Shown in pieces: positions 8,579 to 17,004 of a DNA stretch of 64,000 bases; the first letter of the stretch is position 1; each line of letters begins with the position of its first letter. The notes under the pieces are model-generated. The model saw only the letters and a list, made by a program, of their open reading frames with translations. It had not been told where the DNA came from and did no database searches. A program made the translations under genes and the position numbers. The DNA is taken from IMG/VR virus record IMGVR_UViG_3300017917_000616, positions 1 through 64,000 of that record; one strand, 5' to 3'. This stretch comes from a virus.

Positions 8579-9760
8579 ATGAATAATAATTTAACAAAAG
8601 ATAATTTTTTATACCTACCTAATTTTATAACTCCTGAGCAAGCTAGAGAGCTAGCCGAAGAATTTAAAAATTTTGCGAATGAAACGGGTAGAAAACAAGA
8701 CATACAAGCTCCTCTGTCACAAAGCGCATATGATTACATTGGATTTTTGGAATTACTATGCGAAAAGACTCCCGAGGTTTCTTCTTTTTTAGGTTCTAAG
8801 GTTTTACCTACTTACACATACGCAAGAATTTATAAAAATGGGTCTGTACTAGAGCGACATACAGATAGAGCCGCTTGCGAAATTAGTATCACCTTACATT
8901 TGAGCGGTGACACAACTTGGCCAATCTTTATCAAAAAACCAAACGGTGACGAGGTATCTCTAAATTTAAAATCAGGTGATGCTATCATGTATTTGGGATG
9001 TGATGCCGAGCACTGGAGAGAACAATTTACAGGGCAAGAATATATACAGGTATTTTTACACTATGTAGAGAGTAGAGGTAAAAATAGTTTTGCGTATTTT
9101 GACAAAACTAAAGTACCTGAACAAACAACATTAAACGACAGCACTGGAATTTTTAATTCCACTAAGGCACCGGCAATTGTTCATAAAAATGAATATAAGA
9201 AAAATTTAGAAGATTATATTATTACGCTTGATAATATGATGCCCGATGAATTATGTGACTTGATTCTCAATGAATACGGAAATTCTATTGATTGGTTCCC
9301 TACAACCGTAGGTCCCGAAGGGTCTTTAAATAGAAATATACGTAACGCGGACACTGTCTGTATATCATTGGACAACATTATAGCTAGAAATCAAGAATTA
9401 AGAAAAGCAATAGACAGCGATGTATTTGTTGTAGCTAACAATTCCATACGCAAGTATAACGAGATTTTTCCTGAGGCTAAAATTGAACAAGATAGCGGAT
9501 ATGAATTATTGCGTTACAACGAAGGTCAATTCTATATACAACACACTGATTCTTTCAAAATGAGACCTAGGGCAGTTTCTTGTTCAATTGCTTTAAATGA
9601 CGATTATGAAGGGGGTGAATTTGCCTTCTTTGGGCGTGAAATAAAAATAAAACTGAAAAAGGGTTCAGTGTTATTATTTCCTAGTAATTTTATGTACCCT
9701 CATGAGATTATGCCTGTCACAAAGGGTACACGATATTCAATTATTACTTGGTTTATATAA
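8579..9760 (+). CDS. Tandem double 2OG-Fe(II) oxygenase
   Basis: Domain 1: RIY..G..L.RHTDR..CEIS...HWRE. Domain 2: RY..G.FY..HTD...NDDYEGGEF...FPS...HE..PV..G.RYS. Confidence 0.88.
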   Translation: MNNNLTKDNFLYLPNFITPEQARELAEEFKNFANETGRKQDIQAPLSQSAYDYIGFLELLCEKTPEVSSFLGSKVLPTYTYARIYKNGSVLERHTDRAACEISITLHLSGDTTWPIFIKKPNGDEVSLNLKSGDAIMYLGCDAEHWREQFTGQEYIQVFLHYVESRGKNSFAYFDKTKVPEQTTLNDSTGIFNSTKAPAIVHKNEYKKNLEDYIITLDNMMPDELCDLILNEYGNSIDWFPTTVGPEGSLNRNIRNADTVCISLDNIIARNQELRKAIDSDVFVVANNSIRKYNEIFPEAKIEQDSGYELLRYNEGQFYIQHTDSFKMRPRAVSCSIALNDDYEGGEFAFFGREIKIKLKKGSVLLFPSNFMYPHEIMPVTKGTRYSIITWFI

Positions 9761-11121
9761 TGAACAAACAACATTTATTAGTAGTACTTCAATCACATAG
9801 CGAAGGTGATAATCAACACTATCATGGATTGAATCAACATAAAAGATACTGCGGAGCTCCCAAAGCAGAAGTTTCTAGACGTTGTACTAGAAGCCTAGTT
9901 GAATCTCTTAACTATGCTAAAGAACTTCTATTAGATTTTGATTTCGAATTAGTGGTTTATGACGACCATAGTAGTGATTGGGCTGTGTCTGAAATAAAAA
10001 ATAATTTAAATATTGCCACTTTCAAAACTCAATTCATACCTTTAGAATCTAGAGGTATTATGCCAAGCATTTTAAAATGCTATGAACACGGTAGAGATTA
10101 TGGTAAAGACATTGTGTACTTTGCCCAAGATGATTATCTGTACGATAAAAAAGCAATATACGACATGATACTAACCATGTTTAGTACCAGTAACAGCTTA
10201 CAGAATTATACTTGTATCTATCCGTTTGATGACCCTTATAGATACATTCCAGTCAACACCGCTGTTCAAAGCCACATTGTAAGATCACAGGGTAGACATT
10301 GGAGGACGCAAACAGCTACTGCTAGTTGCTTTATGACGCATCACTATGTCATTACTAATAACTGGGATTTATTTGAAGCCATGGGCAAACATCCTGTAGA
10401 CGGTAAGATGGAAGATAATACAATCAATAAACTATTTTACCAAAGAGGCTACTATTTGTTTGTTCCTATTCCTAGTTTAGCATTACACATGCAGTATGAT
10501 ACTGAGAAAGATGACCAAATTAATTGGCGTGAATGGTGGGACAGATATGATAGGGAAGAAAAATTAATTCCTACCACCGACAAAACAATATTAAATGTAG
10601 GATTTGGTGGGAGTAGTATTCCAGATCAAATACACACAGAAGATTTGACTGGATATAGAGAAATTACATTAGACATTGATAAAAAGTATAACCCGGATAT
10701 ATTAGCCGATATTTACAACATTAGTCATGTACCAAATGAATACGTAGATTGTGCGTACAGCAGCCACATGATTGAGCACATTCATTATTTCAAAGTTCCA
10801 AGTGTTATTAATGAATTATTACGTGTTGTTAAGAAAGATGGATTTGTTAGATTTATTACGCCCAATATGAAAACTGTAGCGATAAGATTAGCAAGCGGAA
10901 AAATATTAGACACTGTATACGATAGTGCTGGTGGTCCTGTCAGTGCTATGGATATGTTATATGGTAGTAGATATCATACGCATAGACATAGTAGCGATTT
11001 TATGGTACACAAATGCGGATTCACAAAAGAAGTGTTTGAAGATTTAGCAAATAAACACAATTATAATATGAAACTTAAAGAAGTTGGGTATGATTTGATA
11101 GTAGACTTCTATAAAAATTAA
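9760..11121 (+). CDS. GT-A glycosyltransferase fused to a class I SAM methyltransferase
   Basis: VVYDDHS and YFAQDDYL in the N-terminal half; LNVGFGG, LDID and SSHMIEH in the C-terminal half. Start at the TAATG overlap (9760). Confidence 0.78.
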   Translation: MNKQHLLVVLQSHSEGDNQHYHGLNQHKRYCGAPKAEVSRRCTRSLVESLNYAKELLLDFDFELVVYDDHSSDWAVSEIKNNLNIATFKTQFIPLESRGIMPSILKCYEHGRDYGKDIVYFAQDDYLYDKKAIYDMILTMFSTSNSLQNYTCIYPFDDPYRYIPVNTAVQSHIVRSQGRHWRTQTATASCFMTHHYVITNNWDLFEAMGKHPVDGKMEDNTINKLFYQRGYYLFVPIPSLALHMQYDTEKDDQINWREWWDRYDREEKLIPTTDKTILNVGFGGSSIPDQIHTEDLTGYREITLDIDKKYNPDILADIYNISHVPNEYVDCAYSSHMIEHIHYFKVPSVINELLRVVKKDGFVRFITPNMKTVAIRLASGKILDTVYDSAGGPVSAMDMLYGSRYHTHRHSSDFMVHKCGFTKEVFEDLANKHNYNMKLKEVGYDLIVDFYKN

Positions 11122-11372
11122 GCCATTAGTTTAGCAACTAATAATAACTTTTCAAAATGGTCGATAGCTTTATTAATGCTATCGACTTTTTCTTTTGTGT
11201 ATTCAGGTTTATGAATACGTCTGGCTTCTACTTCTTGTTTACTTAATTCATCTACCATAAACCCAATGTTATTAAACATTTTTACAAGGTCACGATTATA
11301 TGGTACTTTATTAAGTTGGGAAGATAAATCTGTCCCAACTGTTAACCAATCTAGTGAAGTTTCGATTTTCAT
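11118..11372 (-). CDS. Hypothetical phage protein (84 aa)
   Basis: Intact ORF with its own promoter. Confidence 0.7.
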   Translation of the reverse strand: MKIETSLDWLTVGTDLSSQLNKVPYNRDLVKMFNNIGFMVDELSKQEVEARRIHKPEYTKEKVDSINKAIDHFEKLLLVAKLMA

Positions 11373-11378
11373 ACCCTA

Positions 11379-11407
11379 ATTGTATCACAACTAAGGTATT
11401 TACTCAA
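11379..11407 (-). promoter_or_regulatory. sigma70 promoter TTGAGT-N17-TACAAT with extended TGn; leaderless
   Basis: -10 at 11384-11379, ATG 6 nt downstream at 11372. Confidence 0.65.
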
Positions 11408-12244
11408 TTAAGCGAATAGTTCTAAAGAAGTTCCGCATTGGTCGCAAAATTTAGCAGTAGCTTTATTTTGTTTCCCACATGTCACGCACTTAGGTTTAGT
11501 TTTCACTGTCACAGGTTTAGTCACTGGTTTGTTGTCACCAAGATCTCCGACTAACTTGAACACTAGGTTATGCTTTTCAATCTCTGTTGGAAACCAACCT
11601 GCAATGCTAAACTTCTGTTCGCTCTTGCTGCCAGGAACAGTAATACCTACATCGCTAACATAACTGTCCATTGTAGCCATACCATCATGAACTTGCCCTG
11701 TGCTGGCGCTGATGTTCATGCTCTGTAATGTACTATTAATAGAAGTACTGGCCATAGCACGAACTTGTTCGCCATTGCTAAAATCTGCTGAACGTAAGAC
11801 TCCGTTTACATTAAAAGTTTGCTTAGGCCACTGTGGCAGATTGTTGTTGAAGGTATCGTAATTGTTCCATTGAATACCATCTTGCCTTTGATATACCTTT
11901 TCGAACTGATATTCGATACGGATTAACCCATCTTCAAGTTTAACTCCTCGGTGCTGTTCGACTCCGCCTGTGCGTTCGATGAACTTAAAGCGATTACCTT
12001 CACTTAGATTGTTATTTACAATCGACCGTTCTAAGTCAACTTCTTGTCCTGCACTAAGAACTAGACCACCGGGTACAACATTGTCACCGTCAATGAATAC
12101 ATTAACGATAACACGTTTGGTTTCTAGGTTTTTTACTAGGATTGTGTATTCCGCACCGAAGGGAATATAGACTGTGTCCTTGAATTCACGAAGGACTTTG
12201 CCGTTTACTTTAATAGCCGCGGCGAGCTTGTTTCCATACATCAT
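11408..12244 (-). CDS. Hypothetical protein with C-terminal zinc ribbon
   Basis: CVTCG...AKFCDQCG at the C terminus; strong AAGGAG SD. Confidence 0.8.
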   Translation of the reverse strand: MMYGNKLAAAIKVNGKVLREFKDTVYIPFGAEYTILVKNLETKRVIVNVFIDGDNVVPGGLVLSAGQEVDLERSIVNNNLSEGNRFKFIERTGGVEQHRGVKLEDGLIRIEYQFEKVYQRQDGIQWNNYDTFNNNLPQWPKQTFNVNGVLRSADFSNGEQVRAMASTSINSTLQSMNISASTGQVHDGMATMDSYVSDVGITVPGSKSEQKFSIAGWFPTEIEKHNLVFKLVGDLGDNKPVTKPVTVKTKPKCVTCGKQNKATAKFCDQCGTSLELFA

Positions 12245-12260
12245 GGTTTCTCCTTTTTAC

Positions 12261-12330
12261 AGCGTACAGACTAAACGCTTAGTAATTAAAGTCTGTTAGT
12301 ATGATGCCCCATGCATCAACATTATTTATA
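12261..12330 (-). promoter_or_regulatory. TATAAATA promoter followed by a structured 5' leader (hairpin plus interleaved stems)
   Basis: TATAAATA at 12330-12323; TGATGC/GCATCA hairpin; ACAGACT/AGTCTGT and AGCGT/ACGCT interleaved. Confidence 0.5.
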
Positions 12331-12384
12331 CTATACTACAAATATTTTAAAAAAACAATTAATAAGGTAAAAATAAATAGTATT

Positions 12385-13260
12385 ATGGCAACAATAGTTT
12401 TTCCACAAAATGTCGTTTTGGGAGGTGGCACCAAAGTAGAATTTGAAGCGGGCCCAACCTCAGGTGTTGATATTCTTATAGTAGGAGGCGGTGCTGCGGG
12501 GGGATATGTAGCCAGTTTGACTTCTTTTACGGGATCCGGCGGGGGAGGTGGCGGTGGCGTTAGAGAGGTATCCAGTGTTTCTGTTAGCACCGGAACTGTA
12601 ATCACTGTGACCGTGGCCGCTGGGGCAACAGCATCAATTTCAGGGTTAGTTAATGGATTTTCTTCGGCAGCCGCGGTATCTAGTGGGCCTACATATACTG
12701 CCGCTGGTGGCGGAGGTGGTGGATTCTCTACATTTAATGGCTGGGTTAATGGTAATAATGCTCCGGCGGGCGGTGGTGGCGGGGGCGGCGGTAGCGCTGG
12801 AGGAGTTAATACTCCTACAAACTTTGGTACAGGTGGCAGTGGGGGAACATATGGATTTGCTGGTGCTAGCGGTGGTACATATCCCGGTACTGGTTTTGGT
12901 GGAGGTGGAGGTGGGGCAGGATCAGCCGCGACAGGAACTAGTGGTGGTGGTGGTAAATCAACTACTTTCCCAAACTCAGTAACGGGGTTTAATATGGGTG
13001 CCGGCGGGAGCGGGGGCACAAATTCAAGCCCGTCAAACCCTGGTGGAACAAACACCGGGCAGGGCGGGACTGGTAATTATCGAGGTGTTCCAGCAAGTCC
13101 TGTTAACCTTGCAGGTTTCAGCGGAGGTTCAGGTCTGGTAGTAATACGATATCCAAAAATTTATGATCCGGCTCCGGCGACTACTGGTAGCCCAACAATT
13201 AGCACAGATGCTACATATAGATATTACAAATTTACAGGTTCAGGGAGTATAACGTTTTAA
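12385..13260 (+). CDS. Glycine-rich virion-associated protein
   Basis: Start reassigned to MATIVFP (ATG 12385). ILIVGGG, poly-Gly tracts, GGSGLVVIRY and YKFTGSGSITF. Confidence 0.8.
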   Translation: MATIVFPQNVVLGGGTKVEFEAGPTSGVDILIVGGGAAGGYVASLTSFTGSGGGGGGGVREVSSVSVSTGTVITVTVAAGATASISGLVNGFSSAAAVSSGPTYTAAGGGGGGFSTFNGWVNGNNAPAGGGGGGGGSAGGVNTPTNFGTGGSGGTYGFAGASGGTYPGTGFGGGGGGAGSAATGTSGGGGKSTTFPNSVTGFNMGAGGSGGTNSSPSNPGGTNTGQGGTGNYRGVPASPVNLAGFSGGSGLVVIRYPKIYDPAPATTGSPTISTDATYRYYKFTGSGSITF

Positions 13261-13264
13261 CACT

Positions 13265-13657
13265 ATGGCACATTTTGCTGAATTAGATAAAAACAATTTT
13301 GTTATTAGAGTTATTGTTGTTCACGACAATGAATTACTAGACGAAAATGGTATCGAGCAAGAACAAAAAGGAATAGATTTTTGTAAGAGCCTGCTCGGTG
13401 GAAATTGGGTTCAGACGAGCTATAATGGTTCATTTAGAAAGCACTATGCAGGTACAGGATTTTATTACAGCAAAGAATATGATTGTTTCTTCCCACCAAA
13501 ACCATTAGAATACCCATCGTGGGTACTAGACGTTGCTGAGGCTATATGGAAACCACCTATACCAGAACCAAACGACGGTAAAGTATATAGGTGGGATGAG
13601 CCTACTAAATCCTGGTTTAAAATAGGCGACGGTCAAATAACAATAGATATAACTTAA
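13265..13657 (+). CDS. Conserved partner of Gly-rich proteins (MAHFAELD type)
   Basis: MAHFAEL..N.VIRVIVV, WVQTSYN..FRKHYAG.G, PSWVL...W.PP.P.P, Y.WDE. Confidence 0.8.
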   Translation: MAHFAELDKNNFVIRVIVVHDNELLDENGIEQEQKGIDFCKSLLGGNWVQTSYNGSFRKHYAGTGFYYSKEYDCFFPPKPLEYPSWVLDVAEAIWKPPIPEPNDGKVYRWDEPTKSWFKIGDGQITIDIT

Positions 13658-14229
13658 CTGTATTCGTAGGGTGTGTCTGGGTGACTGTAATCAACTTTGA
13701 TATGGTCACCTTTAACATCATCGTATTCTTGATAATATGATTCGTTGGGCATCAATACTCGAAAACTTTCTCCGTACTTTAGTGTAGCAAAAGTTAACTC
13801 AGCTTTATCCAATAAATCACAAATAACGAATCCAGTAGCACATCGTCCTAAGATGTTTTTAAAAGGACTATGCTTAAGTTCATTCTTTTGTAATGCTTTG
13901 TGAATATCACTGTGAGGTCTGAACATAATTCGTGTAATGCCTAACTTTTGATTACGTAAGCGAATCTTGTCAAATATTGTGAGTTGAGTTAGATTAGCGT
14001 TGTTATCTTCATCAATGGTTAATAGAACCTCTTTGACTTTGATACTGCCTTTGGTATGTGAATTATCGGGTGTCTCTTTTGTTGACCATGGAATGTTACA
14101 TTCCACATGATTCACATAATACGTTTCTCCATGAAATTTTAAGACCCACATGGGAACGGTCTCGTCTTCTAAATGCTTTTTGTTGAAATGAAAGACTACA
14201 TCCCTACAAGCAAATTCAATCTATGCCAT
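13654..14229 (-). CDS. Hypothetical protein (191 codons) with an in-frame TAG at codon 3 (amber read-through candidate)
   Basis: AAGGA SD, then ATG(14229) GCA TAG ATT GAA TTT GCT TGT..., reading MA*IEFACRDVVFHFNKKHLEDETVP in frame with the tracked MWVLKFHG ORF. Confidence 0.7.
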
Positions 14230-14230
14230 T

Positions 14231-14635
14231 TTATTTTCCTTTCTTGGTTAGATTCTTTAAATTATTTAGTAGTGTTTGACTACGACTAACTTCTTTCTTT
14301 TTCTTTTGGTGCGTCTGATGGGATTCGAACCCATTACCATGAGTTTTAGAGGCTCTTGCTTTCCTATCAGCTACAGACGCATCAGGATCAACTAACTCAG
14401 TCAATCCTTTAAACTTATCATAAGTGTCAATTATAATTGATTTATAAGTATCTTCAATCTTAATGGGTAAGTCTAGATGAATAGTTAGACGAGGACCCTG
14501 TTCCTCATTAATCATACCGTCACCATATATAGTACCTATAAAAGGTATCTTGTTATACTTACCGAATACACGTGTACCAAACTCAAAATATGGTTTAGGA
14601 CGATTTTTCTCAAAATATTCTGCTAGACTTGCCAT
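14231..14635 (-). CDS. Hypothetical protein whose 3' part runs through a tRNA gene
   Basis: 134-aa ORF; the residues ASVADRK...HQ are encoded by the tRNA sequence. Confidence 0.7.
   Translation of the reverse strand: MASLAEYFEKNRPKPYFEFGTRVFGKYNKIPFIGTIYGDGMINEEQGPRLTIHLDLPIKIEDTYKSIIIDTYDKFKGLTELVDPDASVADRKARASKTHGNGFESHQTHQKKKKEVSRSQTLLNNLKNLTKKGK
14307..14380 (-). tRNA. tRNA with CUA anticodon (amber suppressor type), encoded CCA
   Basis: GCGTCTG-TA-GCT-GATAGGAA-AGC-A-AGAGC-CTCTAAA-ACTCA-TGGTA-ATGGG-TTCGAAT-CCCAT-CAGACGC-ACCA. Perfect 7-bp acceptor and 5-bp T stems; U33-CUA-A37; anticodon stem has two mismatches. Confidence 0.8.
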
Positions 14636-14636
14636 T

Positions 14637-15155
14637 TTAATTTGCCAATACTTTACTTACACTATTCATAACACTAGCGATACGACCGATATCACGCAAT
14701 TGTTCTACCGTATATCCCATCTTCTTTAGACCTTCGTAATGCGCCTTTACACAAAAATGACACTTACCGACAATACTTGCGGCTAGTGAGTAAGCCTCAA
14801 AACGTTCTTTGGTTGTGCCACCATGTGTGCTAATAGCATTCATACGTAGTTGTGCTGGCAATCCTTTTAGGTTTTCATCATCTGCCATTTCAACAAATGG
14901 ATACCATACGTTGTTTTGTGCCATTAGACTTGCCGCTGTCAATGCCGCATCTGCTTCTACACGGTTACTTAATTGACTATGTACCCAAGTCCATAGTTTG
15001 CTATTGCCTGTAGCAAATGCCGCTGCCAATGCTACTGCTTCTGCTTCTTCTACTGGTAGTGTACTACGCTTAATTACTGCGTCAATATTTAATTTTGTAT
15101 CCTTTGCGTAATCAGGAATACTTTGTTCTTTTAACGCATCCACCCATTGTGTCAT
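14637..15155 (-). CDS. ahpD: Alkyl hydroperoxide reductase AhpD
   Basis: IPDYAKDTKLN, AASLMAQNNVWY, LRMN and CHFCVKAH motifs. Confidence 0.92.
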   Translation of the reverse strand: MTQWVDALKEQSIPDYAKDTKLNIDAVIKRSTLPVEEAEAVALAAAFATGNSKLWTWVHSQLSNRVEADAALTAASLMAQNNVWYPFVEMADDENLKGLPAQLRMNAISTHGGTTKERFEAYSLAASIVGKCHFCVKAHYEGLKKMGYTVEQLRDIGRIASVMNSVSKVLAN

Positions 15156-15165
15156 ATTTTTCTCC

Positions 15166-15744
15166 TTAATTATGATTTAAAAATGCTTCTTTCACGAAAG
15201 GTTCGTTTAACATCATTTGAATCGCAACAATAACTAGTACTCCTGCTCCTACCCAAATAGTTTTGGGCCAGCGCAACATAATTCTAGATACTAACGTACT
15301 TCCAAACAAGATTATTGGAACACTAACTAGTAATCCAAAGATGATTAACCACCAATTGCCTCCGGCTGCTCCCGCAATAGCAAGTGCGTTATCAAGTCCC
15401 ATTACAGCGTCGGCCCAAATGATTGTACCCATCGCACCCCAGAATGTTGTGGATGCTTTTACATCACCATGACCTTCACCATTGTCTGTCACTAACTTAT
15501 AAGCGATATACAACAATGCGATACCACCTATTAGTCGCAATCCAGGAATCATCAACAGATAAGTTAGTGCTGCCACACTTAAAAATCTAACAGCAACTGC
15601 TCCGAATGTTCCCCAGATCATTGCCTTACGGCGTAGTTCAGGTGGTAGCTTATTAGCAGCCATCGCAATGACCAATGCGTTTTCACCACCAAGAACAACA
15701 TCAATTAAGATAATGGCACCTAGTGCCCAAATTAATTCTAACAT
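15166..15744 (-). CDS. TerC/YjbE-family integral membrane protein
   Basis: IDVVLGGENALVIAMA..LP..LR, ADAVMGLDNALAIAGAA, GLLVSVPII. Confidence 0.88.
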   Translation of the reverse strand: MLELIWALGAIILIDVVLGGENALVIAMAANKLPPELRRKAMIWGTFGAVAVRFLSVAALTYLLMIPGLRLIGGIALLYIAYKLVTDNGEGHGDVKASTTFWGAMGTIIWADAVMGLDNALAIAGAAGGNWWLIIFGLLVSVPIILFGSTLVSRIMLRWPKTIWVGAGVLVIVAIQMMLNEPFVKEAFLNHN

Positions 15745-15809
15745 TATTTTCCTTTACATGTAGGGCAATGTTCTCTTTTTAGATACTCAAATAAATCTCG
15801 AAAGTTCAT
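15744..15809 (-). CDS. 21-aa CxxC peptide MNFRDLFEYLKREHCPTCKGK
   Basis: GGAG SD, fills the intergenic gap exactly, TAATG overlap with the TerC start. Confidence 0.5.
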   Translation of the reverse strand: MNFRDLFEYLKREHCPTCKGK

Positions 15810-15810
15810 A

Positions 15811-16431
15811 TTAATATCTCCCTGATGCCAATACAATTTGGCAAATATGTTCTAGTCGTTCGATATGTTCAAACGCTCTCCATGGACTTGTATCAATTGC
15901 TACAACTCCATGCCCCTTAATGCCTACAATATCATAACTAATATTACCATAGTCATCTAGTTCTAAGTTCTTATGACATTGGTCAGCTAGTTCTTGACTA
16001 ATTGGAGGCACATCTCCTACATTAGGTGCTACCTTTGTATAACGACTGAGTTCAGGAAAATCTTTCGCAAGATTACCTAACTCAATACCACGGTGCATGG
16101 CAGCAACACAATACGTCGGATGTAGGTGAACTACAACCCTAACATCGTGACTATGTTGGCCCATTGCTCTCTGAAGACCAAAGTGTAATGGTATCTCGCC
16201 ACTAGGTTTTAAGTTAGCACTAATATCAGTATAGAACTCCTCTTGCCAGAGCAATCCATGAATACTAATTTTCTTGAATTGATCTGGCTGTAGAGTTTGT
16301 TTGCGAACACCGCTAGGGGTGATATAGAAGTGATCCCTATCGTGATGACGAATACTAACATTGCCATCACGACTGGTAATCCAGTTTCTTCTATATGCTT
16401 CTACTAATGTATCGCAAATAGTTTCTAGCAT
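15811..16431 (-). CDS. Class II aldolase/adducin family protein
   Basis: GNVSIR, ITPSG, KPSGE..LH, HLHP and GHG motifs. Confidence 0.9.
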   Translation of the reverse strand: MLETICDTLVEAYRRNWITSRDGNVSIRHHDRDHFYITPSGVRKQTLQPDQFKKISIHGLLWQEEFYTDISANLKPSGEIPLHFGLQRAMGQHSHDVRVVVHLHPTYCVAAMHRGIELGNLAKDFPELSRYTKVAPNVGDVPPISQELADQCHKNLELDDYGNISYDIVGIKGHGVVAIDTSPWRAFEHIERLEHICQIVLASGRY

Positions 16432-16976
16432 TATAGAGTCTCACCACCGATAGGACGGCTGCATGGGCATAGTTCGCCAGTTTGTAGTGCATCTAGGATG
16501 CGTAGAGTTTCGTCTGGGTTACGACCAACGTCCAAGTTGTTTACTGTAACGTGCTGGATGACGTTATCAGGGTCAACGATGAATGTAGCACGAAGTGCCG
16601 CACCTGCAGGACCGTAGAAGATGCCAAGCTGATCTGCTAGACTGTTCTCGTCACGTGCCACATCCGCAAATGACCAAGAGTTTGTTTCTCTCAAATCTGC
16701 ATGTGCATTGCGCCATGCTAGTTTACAGAACTCGTTGTCAGTAGAACCTATCAATAGAACTGCGTCACGGTCAGCAAAATCGCCGTTGAGCTTGTCATAA
16801 GCAACAATCTCAGTAGGACATACGAAAGTGAAGTCCTTAGGATAGTAAACAATAACTTTCCACTTTCCTTCGAAACTTTTGTCAGTAATAGTTTCAAATG
16901 CGCCTTCTGGTGTAAGTGCGCCGGGCTTAACGCCAGTAACTGCAAAACTTGTGATTTTATCGCCGATTGTTTTCAT
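16431..16976 (-). CDS. ahpC: Peroxiredoxin AhpC
   Basis: YPKDFTFVCPTE, LRATFIVDP, GRNPDETLR, GELCP. Confidence 0.95.
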   Translation of the reverse strand: MKTIGDKITSFAVTGVKPGALTPEGAFETITDKSFEGKWKVIVYYPKDFTFVCPTEIVAYDKLNGDFADRDAVLLIGSTDNEFCKLAWRNAHADLRETNSWSFADVARDENSLADQLGIFYGPAGAALRATFIVDPDNVIQHVTVNNLDVGRNPDETLRILDALQTGELCPCSRPIGGETL

Positions 16977-17004
16977 TTGTGTTTCTCCTTGTGTGATAAA
17001 TGAA

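Noticed and set aside
12336-13055. Poly-proline ORF on the minus strand
   Set aside because: It is the antisense shadow of GGN codons in the Gly-rich gene.
14307-14380. Reading the tRNA as Arg(TCT) or as tRNA-Pyl
   Set aside because: The TCT register puts C at position 33 and pairs the stem worse. The canonical TTCGAAT T-loop, GG in the D-loop and the absence of pyl genes in the window argue against tRNA-Pyl.
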